From assembly GCA_963801165.1 (NCBI GenBank), contig CAWDDT010000009.1:416001-480000 (forward strand): a stretch of 64,000 bases of DNA. The letters run 5' to 3'. This DNA is from an uncultured bacterium (GTDB lineage Bacteria; Actinomycetota; Acidimicrobiia; Spongiisociales; UBA5794). Shown here in pieces: positions 37,336 to 46,589 of this stretch. Both the position numbers and the translations under genes were made by a program. How positions within the stretch are numbered: the stretch's first letter is position 1; each line of letters opens with the position of its first letter. The notes below the pieces were generated by a model. That model was not told the DNA's origin. It was given only the letters and a program-made list of their open reading frames with translations, and did not search any database.

Positions 37336-37812
37336 TTACTGAATCTCCTTGTCATCCCCGACGATCGTTTCCGTCGACGTCTGCTGGACGAGCCGCACCG
37401 TCTCCCGGATCGCATCATCTCCGACACCGAGGATCTTTGCGGCGGCCAGCGCTGCCCCACCGGGATCGAGGACCACCATAGGCGCGATGCCGGACGGCAT
37501 CCGGAGCGACGAGAAGAGATCGGCGCCGCCGAACCGGTCCGAATACGGTGGGCAGGCGATGACCGGTGCCGCGACGTTGCCGTCGACGAGACCGCTCAAC
37601 GCATTGGAGCGACCCGCGATCGTGACGTAGACCTTTGGTCTGGCATCGGCCTCGTACCCGGTCAGAATCCCGAGCAGATGGGCGGCCGCCTTGTGGGCGG
37701 AGGCGACCCGGATCTCGCTGGCGATGCCGAAGACGCTGAGCGCGTCTGCAACCGCCTTGCCGTGCTCCAGGTCCGATCTGGAGCCCATGATGATCGGAAC
37801 GAGAGGGCTCAT
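37336..37812 (-). CDS. purE: AIR carboxylase, class II-type PurE
   Basis: IIMGSRSD, SAHK, AGRSNALSG, SSLRMPSG. Confidence 0.92.
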   Translation of the reverse strand: MSPLVPIIMGSRSDLEHGKAVADALSVFGIASEIRVASAHKAAAHLLGILTGYEADARPKVYVTIAGRSNALSGLVDGNVAAPVIACPPYSDRFGGADLFSSLRMPSGIAPMVVLDPGGAALAAAKILGVGDDAIRETVRLVQQTSTETIVGDDKEIQ

Positions 37813-38750
37813 GACAATGCCCTTCTGATGCGATCGGCTGCCGGCTGCTCACCGGGTTCGAACGTCTTGCCGGTGAGACGCTCGTAGGTGTCGATGTACC
37901 TGGCGGCGACGGCGGCAACGAATTCGTCGGGCATCGTTGGAGCCGTTCCCTCGCCGCGGTAGCCCTGCTCGACGAACCAGAGGCGCAGGAACTCCTTGTC
38001 GTAGTTCTCCGGTTCGCCGAGCCCGTAGCTGTCGGCGACCCAGTAGCGGCTCGAGTCGGGGGTGTGCACCTCGTCGATGAGGGCGAGCTTCCCGTCGATC
38101 AGGCCGAACTCGTACTTCGTGTCGACCAGGATGAGGCCGGCCTCCGCTGCCACCCGCTGACCGTGTAGGAACACTGCCAGCGCTGCTTCTTGCACTTCGT
38201 CCCAGAGAGCCGGGTCAACCAGCCCTCTGGACACCACCTCGGACCCTGTCAGCCGCTCGTCGTGGGCGCCACCTACCGCTTTGGTGGTGGGGGTGATCAC
38301 CGGGTCCGGAAGCGGGTCGTTCTTGTGCAGGCCCGGCGGCAGGTCGAGACCGTAGGGGCGTTCGACACCCTGTTCGTACAGGGTCCACAGCGACGTCGAA
38401 GTGACCCCGGTGATGAAGCCGCGCACGATGACCTCGACCGGCAACGCTTCGGCTTCCGCACCGATAGTGACGTTTGGGTCGGGGACCGAGATAACGTGGC
38501 TGGCGACCATATCGGCGACCTCGCGGAACCACCAGGCGCTGAGCTGGTTGAGCACCTGGCCCTTGAACGGGATGACCCCGAGCACCCGGTCGAACGCTGA
38601 TACCCGGTCGGTCGTGATCAAGACCCGGCGGTCGCCCTGGAGATAGATGTCTCTGACTTTGCCCTCGATCCTCTCGCCGAGCTCGGGGTAATCGGTCCTG
38701 AGCAGCGCGCCCGGTATCGCGGCGCGGATGGTCGATTTGTTGATCGTCAC
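37809..38750 (-). CDS. purC: SAICAR synthetase
   Basis: GKVRDIY, TDRVSAFD, LVDTKYEFG, DEVHTPDSSRYW, DKEFLR. Confidence 0.96.
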   Translation of the reverse strand: MTINKSTIRAAIPGALLRTDYPELGERIEGKVRDIYLQGDRRVLITTDRVSAFDRVLGVIPFKGQVLNQLSAWWFREVADMVASHVISVPDPNVTIGAEAEALPVEVIVRGFITGVTSTSLWTLYEQGVERPYGLDLPPGLHKNDPLPDPVITPTTKAVGGAHDERLTGSEVVSRGLVDPALWDEVQEAALAVFLHGQRVAAEAGLILVDTKYEFGLIDGKLALIDEVHTPDSSRYWVADSYGLGEPENYDKEFLRLWFVEQGYRGEGTAPTMPDEFVAAVAARYIDTYERLTGKTFEPGEQPAADRIRRALS

Positions 38751-38772
38751 GGCTCCTCCTCGTGATCCACCA

Positions 38773-39549
38773 CTAGACGCGGGCCGCATGGCCCACTCCG
38801 TTCTCGAATAACGCCAACCCCAAGCCCTTCTGGTGGCCGTGGTGGCGGCGCGGGTGCTGCTCCGGAGCAATGTGGTTCTCCGGGTGTGGCATCAACCCGA
38901 GGACGTTGCCGGCGGGGTTGCTGATCCCGGCGATGTTGTTCATCGAACCGTTGGGGTTGGCGGGGTAATCACCCGACGAATAGCGAACGGCGACGAGGCC
39001 CGCATCCTCGAGCGCGGTGAGAGTCCCGTCGCTGGTGAGGAACCTGCCTTCACCGTGGGCAACGGGACAGTAGATGTGTTCCTCCAGGTTGCGGGTCCAG
39101 ATGTTGTCGCCTTCCGGGACGAGCTCGACCCAGCGGCACTCGAACCGCCCCGACTCGTTGCGGGTGAGGGTGGCTTGCTGGGCCCATTGTTGCCTTGTCC
39201 CCACGGCTACGTGGTTGTCTAGAGCAGGCAGTAACCCTGACTTGACCAGGGCTTGGAAGCCGTTACAGATGCCGATGACGGGGCGGCCCGCGTCGACGAA
39301 CTCATCGAGATCGTCACCGAGCCGGGAGCGCAGAGCGATGGCCCACAGCTTGCCGGCGCCGAGGTCGTCCCCGTAGGAGAATCCACCCGGCAACACCATC
39401 ATCTGATAGTCGAGCAGACGTGCGGTCGCGTCACGGAGCGCATTGATGTGCACGATCTCGGGAACGCCACCTGCGAGGTCGAGTGCCCTGGCCACGTCGT
39501 GATCGCGGTTGGTGCCGGTGGCGTGGACGATGAGCGCCCGGGGCTTCAT
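38773..39549 (-). CDS. purQ: FGAM synthase glutaminase subunit
   Basis: PGGFSYGD, GICNGFQ, AHGEG, GLMPHPE. Confidence 0.96.
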   Translation of the reverse strand: MKPRALIVHATGTNRDHDVARALDLAGGVPEIVHINALRDATARLLDYQMMVLPGGFSYGDDLGAGKLWAIALRSRLGDDLDEFVDAGRPVIGICNGFQALVKSGLLPALDNHVAVGTRQQWAQQATLTRNESGRFECRWVELVPEGDNIWTRNLEEHIYCPVAHGEGRFLTSDGTLTALEDAGLVAVRYSSGDYPANPNGSMNNIAGISNPAGNVLGLMPHPENHIAPEQHPRRHHGHQKGLGLALFENGVGHAARV

Positions 39550-42434
39550 GCGTTGTCTCCCCGCCAGGCTGCGGTGAGGGCGGCGATTGTCATGCCCAGG
39601 TCGAAGTCCACCGCCCTGATAGTGACCTTCTCGGAGGCCGTCGTCTCTCCGATTCGTGCGGTCGGGTAGTTGCCCATCATCTGTTCGAACTGTGCGGCCA
39701 TCTCCGCGGGGACCTCGACGAGCAAGCGGCCGAGCGACTCGGAGAACGCGGTGGTGATCCCGCTGAGATCTCCCTCGATCGGCGCTCTGGCGAGGTCGAT
39801 GCTGGCACCAACGCCTCCGGCGATCGCCATCTCGGCAATGGCAACGGCGATACCGCCTTCGGAGACGTCGTGGCAGCTACGCACGAGCCCGTCGGCGATG
39901 GCCCGGTGCAGGGATCGGTAGCCGTCCGGAGCGTTGGGTACCGGTGCCGGAGCTTCGCCTCCGGCATTGCCCGCCCAGCCGGCGAGCGCCGAGCCGCCGA
40001 GGTGGTCTCCCGTCGCACCGATGATGTAGATCGGATTCCCCGCCTCCTTGAAGGCGCTGGTGACCGTCCTGGCGACGTCCGGCACGATGCCAACGCTGGA
40101 GATGACGAGCGTACCGGGGATTGTGTGCTTGTCCCCGTCGATGCCTGTGTACTCGTTGTTGAGGCTGTCCTTGCCCGAGATGAAAGGGGTTCCGTAGGCG
40201 ACCGCGGCGTCGTAGCAACCCTGGGTGCACCGGACAAGCGAGCCGAGCCGGTCGGGGATGTGCGGGTTTCCCCAGGAGAAGTTGTCGAGGATGGAGATCC
40301 GGTCGGGGTCGGCGCCCACGGCCACCACGTTGCGCACCGCCTCGTCGATGTTCGCCCACGCCATCCGGTAGGGGTCGACCGATCCGTAGGCGGGGTTGGT
40401 CCCGACTGCCAGAGCCGCTCCCGGTGTACCCGGGCCAATCTCGAGCGGCGTGACGACCGCGGCGTCACCGGGCCCGTATTCGCCGTTCCCGACGAGGGGC
40501 TTGACCACCGTGCCGCCCTGTACCTCGTGGTCGTAGCGGCGGAGGATGTCCTCCTTCGAATTGATGTTCGGGTGGGCGAGCAACGAGAGCAACGCCAGCA
40601 CGGGGTTGACGTCCTCGAGGCGTTCTCCGTCGACCACGGGCGGGCTCCAGGTTGCGTTAAGCCGCTGTCGGGGAATGCCGCCGTGCAAGAAACCGCAATC
40701 GAGCTCACCAACGGTGGAGCCATCGTTGAGGATGCTCAGGACACCATCTCCCGTGAACTCACCGAGCACGGTCATCTCGACATCGTGGGCCGCTGCCATG
40801 TCGGCCACCCGCGCCAGCTTGTCCTCGGGAACGGCGATCACCATCCGCTCCTGAGCCTCGCTCAGCCAGATTTCCCACGGCGCAAGACCGGGATACTTGA
40901 GCGGCACCCGGTCGAGATGGACCACGGCACCGAGCTTCTCGGCCATCTCCCCGACCGCAGATGACAGCCCGCCCGCACCGCAGTCGGTGATGGCGTTGTA
41001 GAGCCCTTCGTCGCGGGCGTCGATGAGCACGTCGAGCGTCTGCTTCTCGTGGATGGGATGGCCGATCTGCACCGCGCTCCCCGATACGTCACTCGTGGTG
41101 TGGTCGGACTCCATCGAGGAAAAGGTCGCTCCCCGCAGACCGTCGCGACCGGTGCGGCCACCGAGGACGACGATGCGGTCACCGTGCTGTGCGGCCGTCG
41201 GGTGCGAGCCTCTTGGCAGCGCGCCGAGACACCCGCAGAAGACGAGCGGGTTGGCTGTATATCCCGGGTCGTAGTAGACCGCCCCGCTCACCGTGGGAAT
41301 GCCCATCTTGTTGCCGTAATCCTCGATACCGGCGATGACCCCGGCCGCGATCCGTTTCGGGTGCAGCACCCCCGTGGGGAGTTCGTCGAACCGGGTATCG
41401 GCCGGTCCGAAGAACAGGACGTCGGTGTTGGCTATCGGCTTGGCACTGACCCCCATGACATCTCGAACCACACCGCCCACGCCGGTATTGGCGCCACCGA
41501 ACGGCTCGAGAGCCGATGGGTGATTGTGGGTCTCGACCTTGAATGCGATGTCGGTGGTGTCGTCGAGGGCGACGATCCCGGCGTCGTCAACGAAGGCCGA
41601 GTGCACCCAGGGGCGGGCCAATTCCTCGGTGGCCGCCCGGATGTGCTGGTTCAGGATCCCGTCGATGGTGACCGTCTCGATCGGCCCGGTCGCTCCCGGC
41701 GGTGGACCGGTATATGTGACCAGGGCGCGGAACGTCTTGTGGACGCAATGCTCGGACCAGGTCTGTGCGATCGTCTCCAACTCGAGGTCGGTCGCCTTCC
41801 GGTCGCCGAAGTGGGCTTGGATCGCCTCCATTTCGTCACCGTCGAGACTGAGCCGTCGCTCGTGGCTCAGGGCGATCAGCTCGTCACGGTCGAGCCCGGC
41901 GAGCGAGATGAGCTCCACGGCCGCGGGCGCGGCGACGGCGGCGCTGAAGGGTGGTGGTGCGGGAGCGTCGATGTGGTAGGTCTGGATGACCCCGTTTGCC
42001 AGTAGCGACGTGGCAATCCGCTCGACCGTGTCCCTGGTGAGCGCCTCACCGGTGATGACGTAACGCGTACCGGTGGCCGCCTGGTCGACACCGGCAAACC
42101 CGAGTTCGGCGACGCCTGCCATCAGGCTCTCGGCGGGAGAGTCAGTCACCCCTGGATGGAGCACCACCTCGACCGTGTAGGCCCCATCGCCGTACTCGAC
42201 GGTATCGAGCTCCAGGGGAAATCCGCGAGCGTCCTCGTTGATTACGTCGTGAAGCAGGGTTGCTGTCAAATCCGAGATGAGCTCGGGAGAGAGCTCACCG
42301 CTCAGGTAGTACCGGTCCCTGACCTCGACCCGCTCGACTCCCGATATGCCGAGCAGGTCGATTTGGGTCTCGAGGTTCTCGGCGCGTATGTCCCGAAAAC
42401 CCGGCTTGCTGGCAACTTCGACGCAGTAGTTCAT
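39546..42434 (-). CDS. purL: FGAM synthase subunit PurL with PurS-like N-terminal extension
   Basis: QTWSEHC.HK, KVETHNHPSA, DCGAGG, LSEAQERM, SGKDSL, HDVSEGG; ~190-aa N-terminal part with EV..KPG..D and EV..HPGVTD repeats. Confidence 0.95.
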   Translation of the reverse strand: MNYCVEVASKPGFRDIRAENLETQIDLLGISGVERVEVRDRYYLSGELSPELISDLTATLLHDVINEDARGFPLELDTVEYGDGAYTVEVVLHPGVTDSPAESLMAGVAELGFAGVDQAATGTRYVITGEALTRDTVERIATSLLANGVIQTYHIDAPAPPPFSAAVAAPAAVELISLAGLDRDELIALSHERRLSLDGDEMEAIQAHFGDRKATDLELETIAQTWSEHCVHKTFRALVTYTGPPPGATGPIETVTIDGILNQHIRAATEELARPWVHSAFVDDAGIVALDDTTDIAFKVETHNHPSALEPFGGANTGVGGVVRDVMGVSAKPIANTDVLFFGPADTRFDELPTGVLHPKRIAAGVIAGIEDYGNKMGIPTVSGAVYYDPGYTANPLVFCGCLGALPRGSHPTAAQHGDRIVVLGGRTGRDGLRGATFSSMESDHTTSDVSGSAVQIGHPIHEKQTLDVLIDARDEGLYNAITDCGAGGLSSAVGEMAEKLGAVVHLDRVPLKYPGLAPWEIWLSEAQERMVIAVPEDKLARVADMAAAHDVEMTVLGEFTGDGVLSILNDGSTVGELDCGFLHGGIPRQRLNATWSPPVVDGERLEDVNPVLALLSLLAHPNINSKEDILRRYDHEVQGGTVVKPLVGNGEYGPGDAAVVTPLEIGPGTPGAALAVGTNPAYGSVDPYRMAWANIDEAVRNVVAVGADPDRISILDNFSWGNPHIPDRLGSLVRCTQGCYDAAVAYGTPFISGKDSLNNEYTGIDGDKHTIPGTLVISSVGIVPDVARTVTSAFKEAGNPIYIIGATGDHLGGSALAGWAGNAGGEAPAPVPNAPDGYRSLHRAIADGLVRSCHDVSEGGIAVAIAEMAIAGGVGASIDLARAPIEGDLSGITTAFSESLGRLLVEVPAEMAAQFEQMMGNYPTARIGETTASEKVTIRAVDFDLGMTIAALTAAWRGDNA

Positions 42435-42602
42435 GCCCCGGTCTCTGCGGAAGATCGCAGTTTGGCAGCGGCCCGGTGCTGTGTCTCGCACTACGTCGTG
42501 GTTTCCCCTAAGCCGCGAAATCTTTTCTTAGATTGCCACCTACAGTGCTCGACCGACCACTATATTGATTTGTGTCGACGTTGTCGATGCCATACTCGGA
42601 AG

Positions 42603-42724
42603 GGCTCCCAGCTCTTTCCGGGGGACACGACCTTACGGTCGGGAATACGGTGGTTTTCGGGGGAAAACGTGTTCCAGGAAGTAGGGCGGCTCATCCTGGT
42701 AGGGGGAGATAGCCGCCCTACTTC
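42603..42724 (+). ncRNA. Candidate small RNA with repeated GGGGGA hairpins
   Basis: Extended -10 TGCCATACT at 42588-42596; GGGGGA at 42620, 42659, 42702; several hairpins. Strand uncertain. Confidence 0.4.
42678..42724. terminator. Strong hairpin, possible terminator
   Basis: Perfect 14-bp IR GAAGTAGGGCGGCT / AGCCGCCCTACTTC just past the sulfurtransferase stop. Confidence 0.6.
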
Positions 42725-42739
42725 TACGTCCGGGGCCTC

Positions 42740-43552
42740 TCAGGGTGCGACTTCACCACCCGAGGTGCACCAATCGCTCCACGACCCCGGGTAGAGGAGA
42801 ACCCCGGCCCGGCCGGCGATCTCCATCGCCAGGATGTTGCTGCAGGCCGTCACCCCGCTTCCGCAGTAGCACACGATCGGGTTCCGGCTGGTCAAAGCCG
42901 CAAACCGCTCCGTCAGGTCGCCGACCGGGAGAAACCGCCCGGTTTCGTCCGTGTTCCCCTGATACGGGATGTTGACCGATCCGGGGATATGGCCCGCCAC
43001 CGGGTCAATAGGCTCGACCTCGCCCCGGTGGCGAGCCGCCGCACGTGAGTCGAGGAGGAGCAGGTGGTCACGACCTGCGACGATCGCTTCGCGATCAATG
43101 GTGCCCGACCACGTGCCGCCGATCGCGGTCTCTGCCGGCGGCCACGGCAGCACCTCAGCTGTGATCGAGCGACGTTCCCGTTCCCAGGCCGCCCATCCGC
43201 CGTCGAGAACGAAGGCGTCACGATGACCGAGCGAGCGCAGCATCCACCACATCCTCGCGGCCATGGAGCTGTCGCCCTGGTCGTACACGACGACGGTGTG
43301 CTCAATTCCGATGCCCACCCGTCGCATGTCTTCGGCGAACGCCGCCGCCCCGGGGAGCGGATGGCGTCCCGCACCGGGGGTCGCGGTCAGGTCCCGGTCC
43401 AGCGAGAAGTACAGGGCGCCCGGGATGTGACCGGCGCGGTACTCGTCTTCGCCTCGGGCGGATTCGGCGAGATAGAAGCGGCAGTCCGCGACCCGCAGGC
43501 TCTCGGAATGCAACCTGGTGCCCAGCCACTCGGTCGATACGAGCGGTCCCAA
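42740..43552 (-). CDS. Two-domain sulfurtransferase (SseA-like rhodanese)
   Basis: GHIPGA, VLDGG, AGHIPG, CGSGVTAC, YPGSWSDW. Confidence 0.93.
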   Translation of the reverse strand: MGPLVSTEWLGTRLHSESLRVADCRFYLAESARGEDEYRAGHIPGALYFSLDRDLTATPGAGRHPLPGAAAFAEDMRRVGIGIEHTVVVYDQGDSSMAARMWWMLRSLGHRDAFVLDGGWAAWERERRSITAEVLPWPPAETAIGGTWSGTIDREAIVAGRDHLLLLDSRAAARHRGEVEPIDPVAGHIPGSVNIPYQGNTDETGRFLPVGDLTERFAALTSRNPIVCYCGSGVTACSNILAMEIAGRAGVLLYPGSWSDWCTSGGEVAP

Positions 43553-43558
43553 CGCGCC

Positions 43559-45040
43559 CTACCGTCTCCAGCCGAACATGACCCGGGCCAGCCTGGTCCA
43601 GTACCGGGGGCGTGGGCCGCGGGGGAGCCATGCCCCGAGCAGCCTCGTGGTCGGTTTGAACCGGGCGGAGGTGATCGTCCGCGGGATCGCAAACGCCTTG
43701 ATGCCCTCTGATCCCATCTGGCCACCGTTTCCTGAGTCGCCTATCCCGCCGAGGATGAGGCTGGGGAAGAAGAAGTTGATCACGTGGTCGTTGACGGCCA
43801 CCGATCCGGTCTTCATACGAGCCGCCACCGCGGCTCCGTGTCTGCGGTTTCCGGTCCACACCGAGCCGTGGAGCCCGTAGCGCGAGTCGTTGGCCTTCTC
43901 CAGCCCCTCCGCCTCGTCGGCGACACGCATGACCGGCACGATCGGGCCGAATGTTTCTTCGGTCATCAGCTTCATGGAATGGGTGACGTCGGTCATCAGG
44001 GTTGGTTGAAAGTAGATGCCGTGTTCAGTCTCTACCCGGGAACCGCCGCAGAGGATCGTGGCGCCCTGATTGACCGCGTCTGCGACATGGTCCTCGATGA
44101 TGTCGATTTGCGCCGGGTTGATGAGTGGTCCGATGTCGGTGCGGTCACCGGTGGCCACCGTGAGCTTGCGGATCGCCTTCTCCGCCTCGGTCATGAACTC
44201 GTCGTAGATTTCGGAGACGACGTAGACCCGTTCGATACCAACACACATCTGCCCGGCGTTGAACACGCCGAAGCTGACGGCGCCCCTGGCGGCTTGTTTG
44301 ATGTTGGCGTCCGCCAGCACGATCTGGGCGTCTTTGCCCCCGAGCTCCAATATCACCGGCTTCAGCCTGGCTGCGGCCGCAGCGCCGATCTTCTTGCCGA
44401 CGGCGGTTGATCCGGTGAAGGCGATGATGTCGGTCTCGGCGTCCACCAGGGCAGCTCCGGTGGCGCCGTCGCCGTGGATGACCTGGACGACGTTGTCGGG
44501 GATGCCGGCCTCTGCGGCGAGATCCTGGATCAGCTGACCGGTCAGCGGGGTGATCTCGGAAGGCTTGATGACCGCAGTGCACCCGGCCGCCAGAGCCTCG
44601 ATGACCGAGAGAAGGGGAAGAAAGAACGGGTAGTTCCACGGGGAGATGATCCCGGCCACCCCCCGCGGGTGATATTCGGTCCAGCCTTCGGTGGTGAGAA
44701 ACGGCCATAGCGCCCCCCGCTTAGGACGGAGCAGACGGGCCGCGTTGTGGGCGTAGAAGTCGAGAACTGTGAGCGCCGCCAGCACTTCGGCGTGGACATC
44801 GCTGCGGTGCTTCCCGGTCTCGGAGATCATCACATCCGCGATGCGATCCATCGATCGAAGCACGTGCTTGGCGAAGCCGCGGAGGTAGGGAGCACGCTCG
44901 GCATGACTCATCGCTCCCCACGTGGTGAATGCCGTCCGGGACCGCGCCACCGCGTCGGCTACGCCATCGGGCTCGGTGATCGGTACCGATCCCGCCTGGT
45001 CGCCGGTGAGCGGGCTGTGGGGGGTCAGCCAGCGGGTCAT
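43559..45040 (-). CDS. Aldehyde dehydrogenase
   Basis: PWNYP, KPSE, FTGS, LELGGK, NAGQMC, EETFGP. Confidence 0.95.
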   Translation of the reverse strand: MTRWLTPHSPLTGDQAGSVPITEPDGVADAVARSRTAFTTWGAMSHAERAPYLRGFAKHVLRSMDRIADVMISETGKHRSDVHAEVLAALTVLDFYAHNAARLLRPKRGALWPFLTTEGWTEYHPRGVAGIISPWNYPFFLPLLSVIEALAAGCTAVIKPSEITPLTGQLIQDLAAEAGIPDNVVQVIHGDGATGAALVDAETDIIAFTGSTAVGKKIGAAAAARLKPVILELGGKDAQIVLADANIKQAARGAVSFGVFNAGQMCVGIERVYVVSEIYDEFMTEAEKAIRKLTVATGDRTDIGPLINPAQIDIIEDHVADAVNQGATILCGGSRVETEHGIYFQPTLMTDVTHSMKLMTEETFGPIVPVMRVADEAEGLEKANDSRYGLHGSVWTGNRRHGAAVAARMKTGSVAVNDHVINFFFPSLILGGIGDSGNGGQMGSEGIKAFAIPRTITSARFKPTTRLLGAWLPRGPRPRYWTRLARVMFGWRR

Positions 45041-45561
45041 GTCGGTTGTGCCATCGGGTTGGCGGCGATGAGTGTCGCCGGCGCCGCGGCGGCCTCCCAG
45101 GGTCGAGCGACCGAGTGCCAGGCGAGCGCCACCACCAATATCGGGATTCCGAGCGGGGCGTCTATGTCGACCTTGTTGTAGGAGACGAGCGAGCCGGTGA
45201 TTCTGGCCACCGGGGTGCCACCCACCGTTATGTGCCAGCGCCGGGGGCGGGGATCGCTGACCAGCTGATATACCCATCGTTGCGAGGTGATCTCCCAGCG
45301 TCTCCCGAACCACGAGGTTCGGGTGATCCTGGCTAACTCGGTTCCTTTCGCATCGAGAGCGACAACCACGGAGTGCTCGTGTGGTGCGAGCACCGCCTCC
45401 TCTCCGTCGGGCATGTAGATCCGGGAGATATGAAGACGGCCGATACGGCGCATGGTGGCGACCTCGCTGCCGTTGTGAAGGAGTCGCCAGCGGCTGGACA
45501 TGAACGGGCTGCGCAGCTCGGCTGCGCCGTAGACCGTCCCGAACAAGCCTCGATCTGCCAT
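45037..45561 (-). CDS. Hypothetical protein (possibly tubby-C/LURP-like)
   Basis: Coupled to the ALDH start; beta-strand repeats with a hydrophobic C-terminal helix. Confidence 0.6.
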   Translation of the reverse strand: MADRGLFGTVYGAAELRSPFMSSRWRLLHNGSEVATMRRIGRLHISRIYMPDGEEAVLAPHEHSVVVALDAKGTELARITRTSWFGRRWEITSQRWVYQLVSDPRPRRWHITVGGTPVARITGSLVSYNKVDIDAPLGIPILVVALAWHSVARPWEAAAAPATLIAANPMAQPT

Positions 45562-45616
45562 GACCTGAACGGTAGTACGTCCACCGACACGGTGGCGGGC
45601 GGTATCGTCGGGGTCC

Positions 45617-46486
45617 ATGAAGCTGCATCTGATGGACGGGACCTACGAGCTGTTCCGTTCGCATTTCGGGTCGCCGACCCGCACCAGCCCGTCCGGCCAG
45701 GAGGTCGGCGGCGTCTACGGGATCGTCGCCTCGACCCTGTCTCTTCTGAGCGAGTCCGGCGTGACACATCTGGCCGCCGCCTTCGACACCGTCATCGAGT
45801 CGTTCCGCAACGAGGTGTATGACGGCTACAAGACGGGCGCCGGTGTCGAGGAAGTCCTTCTGGCCCAGTTTCCTCTTGCCGAGCGAGCCCTAGAGGCGAT
45901 CGGCGTGAAGGTGTGGCCGATGGTCGAGTTCGAGGCGGACGATGCGCTGGCAACTGCCGCCTGGCGCTGGGTGAGCGCGGTCGACCAGGTGGTGGTGCTG
46001 ACCCCGGACAAGGACCTCGCCCAGTGTTACGGGAACCCCAAGATCGTCGGCTACGACCGGCGCAGGCAGGCCTTCATCGACCATGACGCGGTTGTGGCTA
46101 AGTTCGGCGTTTACCCGGACTCGATACCCGACTATCTGTCACTGGTCGGGGACTCGGCCGACGGCTTTCCCGGTCTGCCGGGGTGGGGCGCCAAGTCGGC
46201 CGGCACGGTGCTGCAGCGCTACGTGCACCTGGAGAACATCCCGCTCGAGGCATCACGATGGGACGTCACGGTGCGAAGCGCCGACAAGCTCGCCACCACC
46301 CTGCGCACCCGGATGGGCGACGCTCTGTTGTTCCGGTTCCTGGCCCAGCTCCGCCCCGATGTTCCTCTCAGCGACGAGCTGGAGGATCTCGAGTGGCGCG
46401 GCGCCCACCGTGAGGCATTCACCGAGCTGTGCGACGAGCTTGGTTTCGGTGGGCTCCGCAACCGCCCGGAGAAGTGGCAGGACTAA
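45617..46486 (+). CDS. Stand-alone 5'-3' exonuclease / flap endonuclease
   Basis: LMDG, SFRN..Y..YK, FEADD, PDKD, LVGDSADG.PG.PG.G.K (H3TH). Confidence 0.93.
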   Translation: MKLHLMDGTYELFRSHFGSPTRTSPSGQEVGGVYGIVASTLSLLSESGVTHLAAAFDTVIESFRNEVYDGYKTGAGVEEVLLAQFPLAERALEAIGVKVWPMVEFEADDALATAAWRWVSAVDQVVVLTPDKDLAQCYGNPKIVGYDRRRQAFIDHDAVVAKFGVYPDSIPDYLSLVGDSADGFPGLPGWGAKSAGTVLQRYVHLENIPLEASRWDVTVRSADKLATTLRTRMGDALLFRFLAQLRPDVPLSDELEDLEWRGAHREAFTELCDELGFGGLRNRPEKWQD

Positions 46487-46589
46487 CGCTTCTAGCGTCC
46501 AATCTGGCGAGATATTGCCTCTGCAGACGCCCAGAAGACTCTGCCAACTGCTACTCAAAGTGCTCGTGTTCTTGCCGATACAGGTGAGC

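Noticed and set aside
42435-42600. Purine or ZMP/ZTP riboswitch ahead of purL
   Set aside because: Could not find the conserved aptamer motifs by eye; a covariance search is needed to exclude it.
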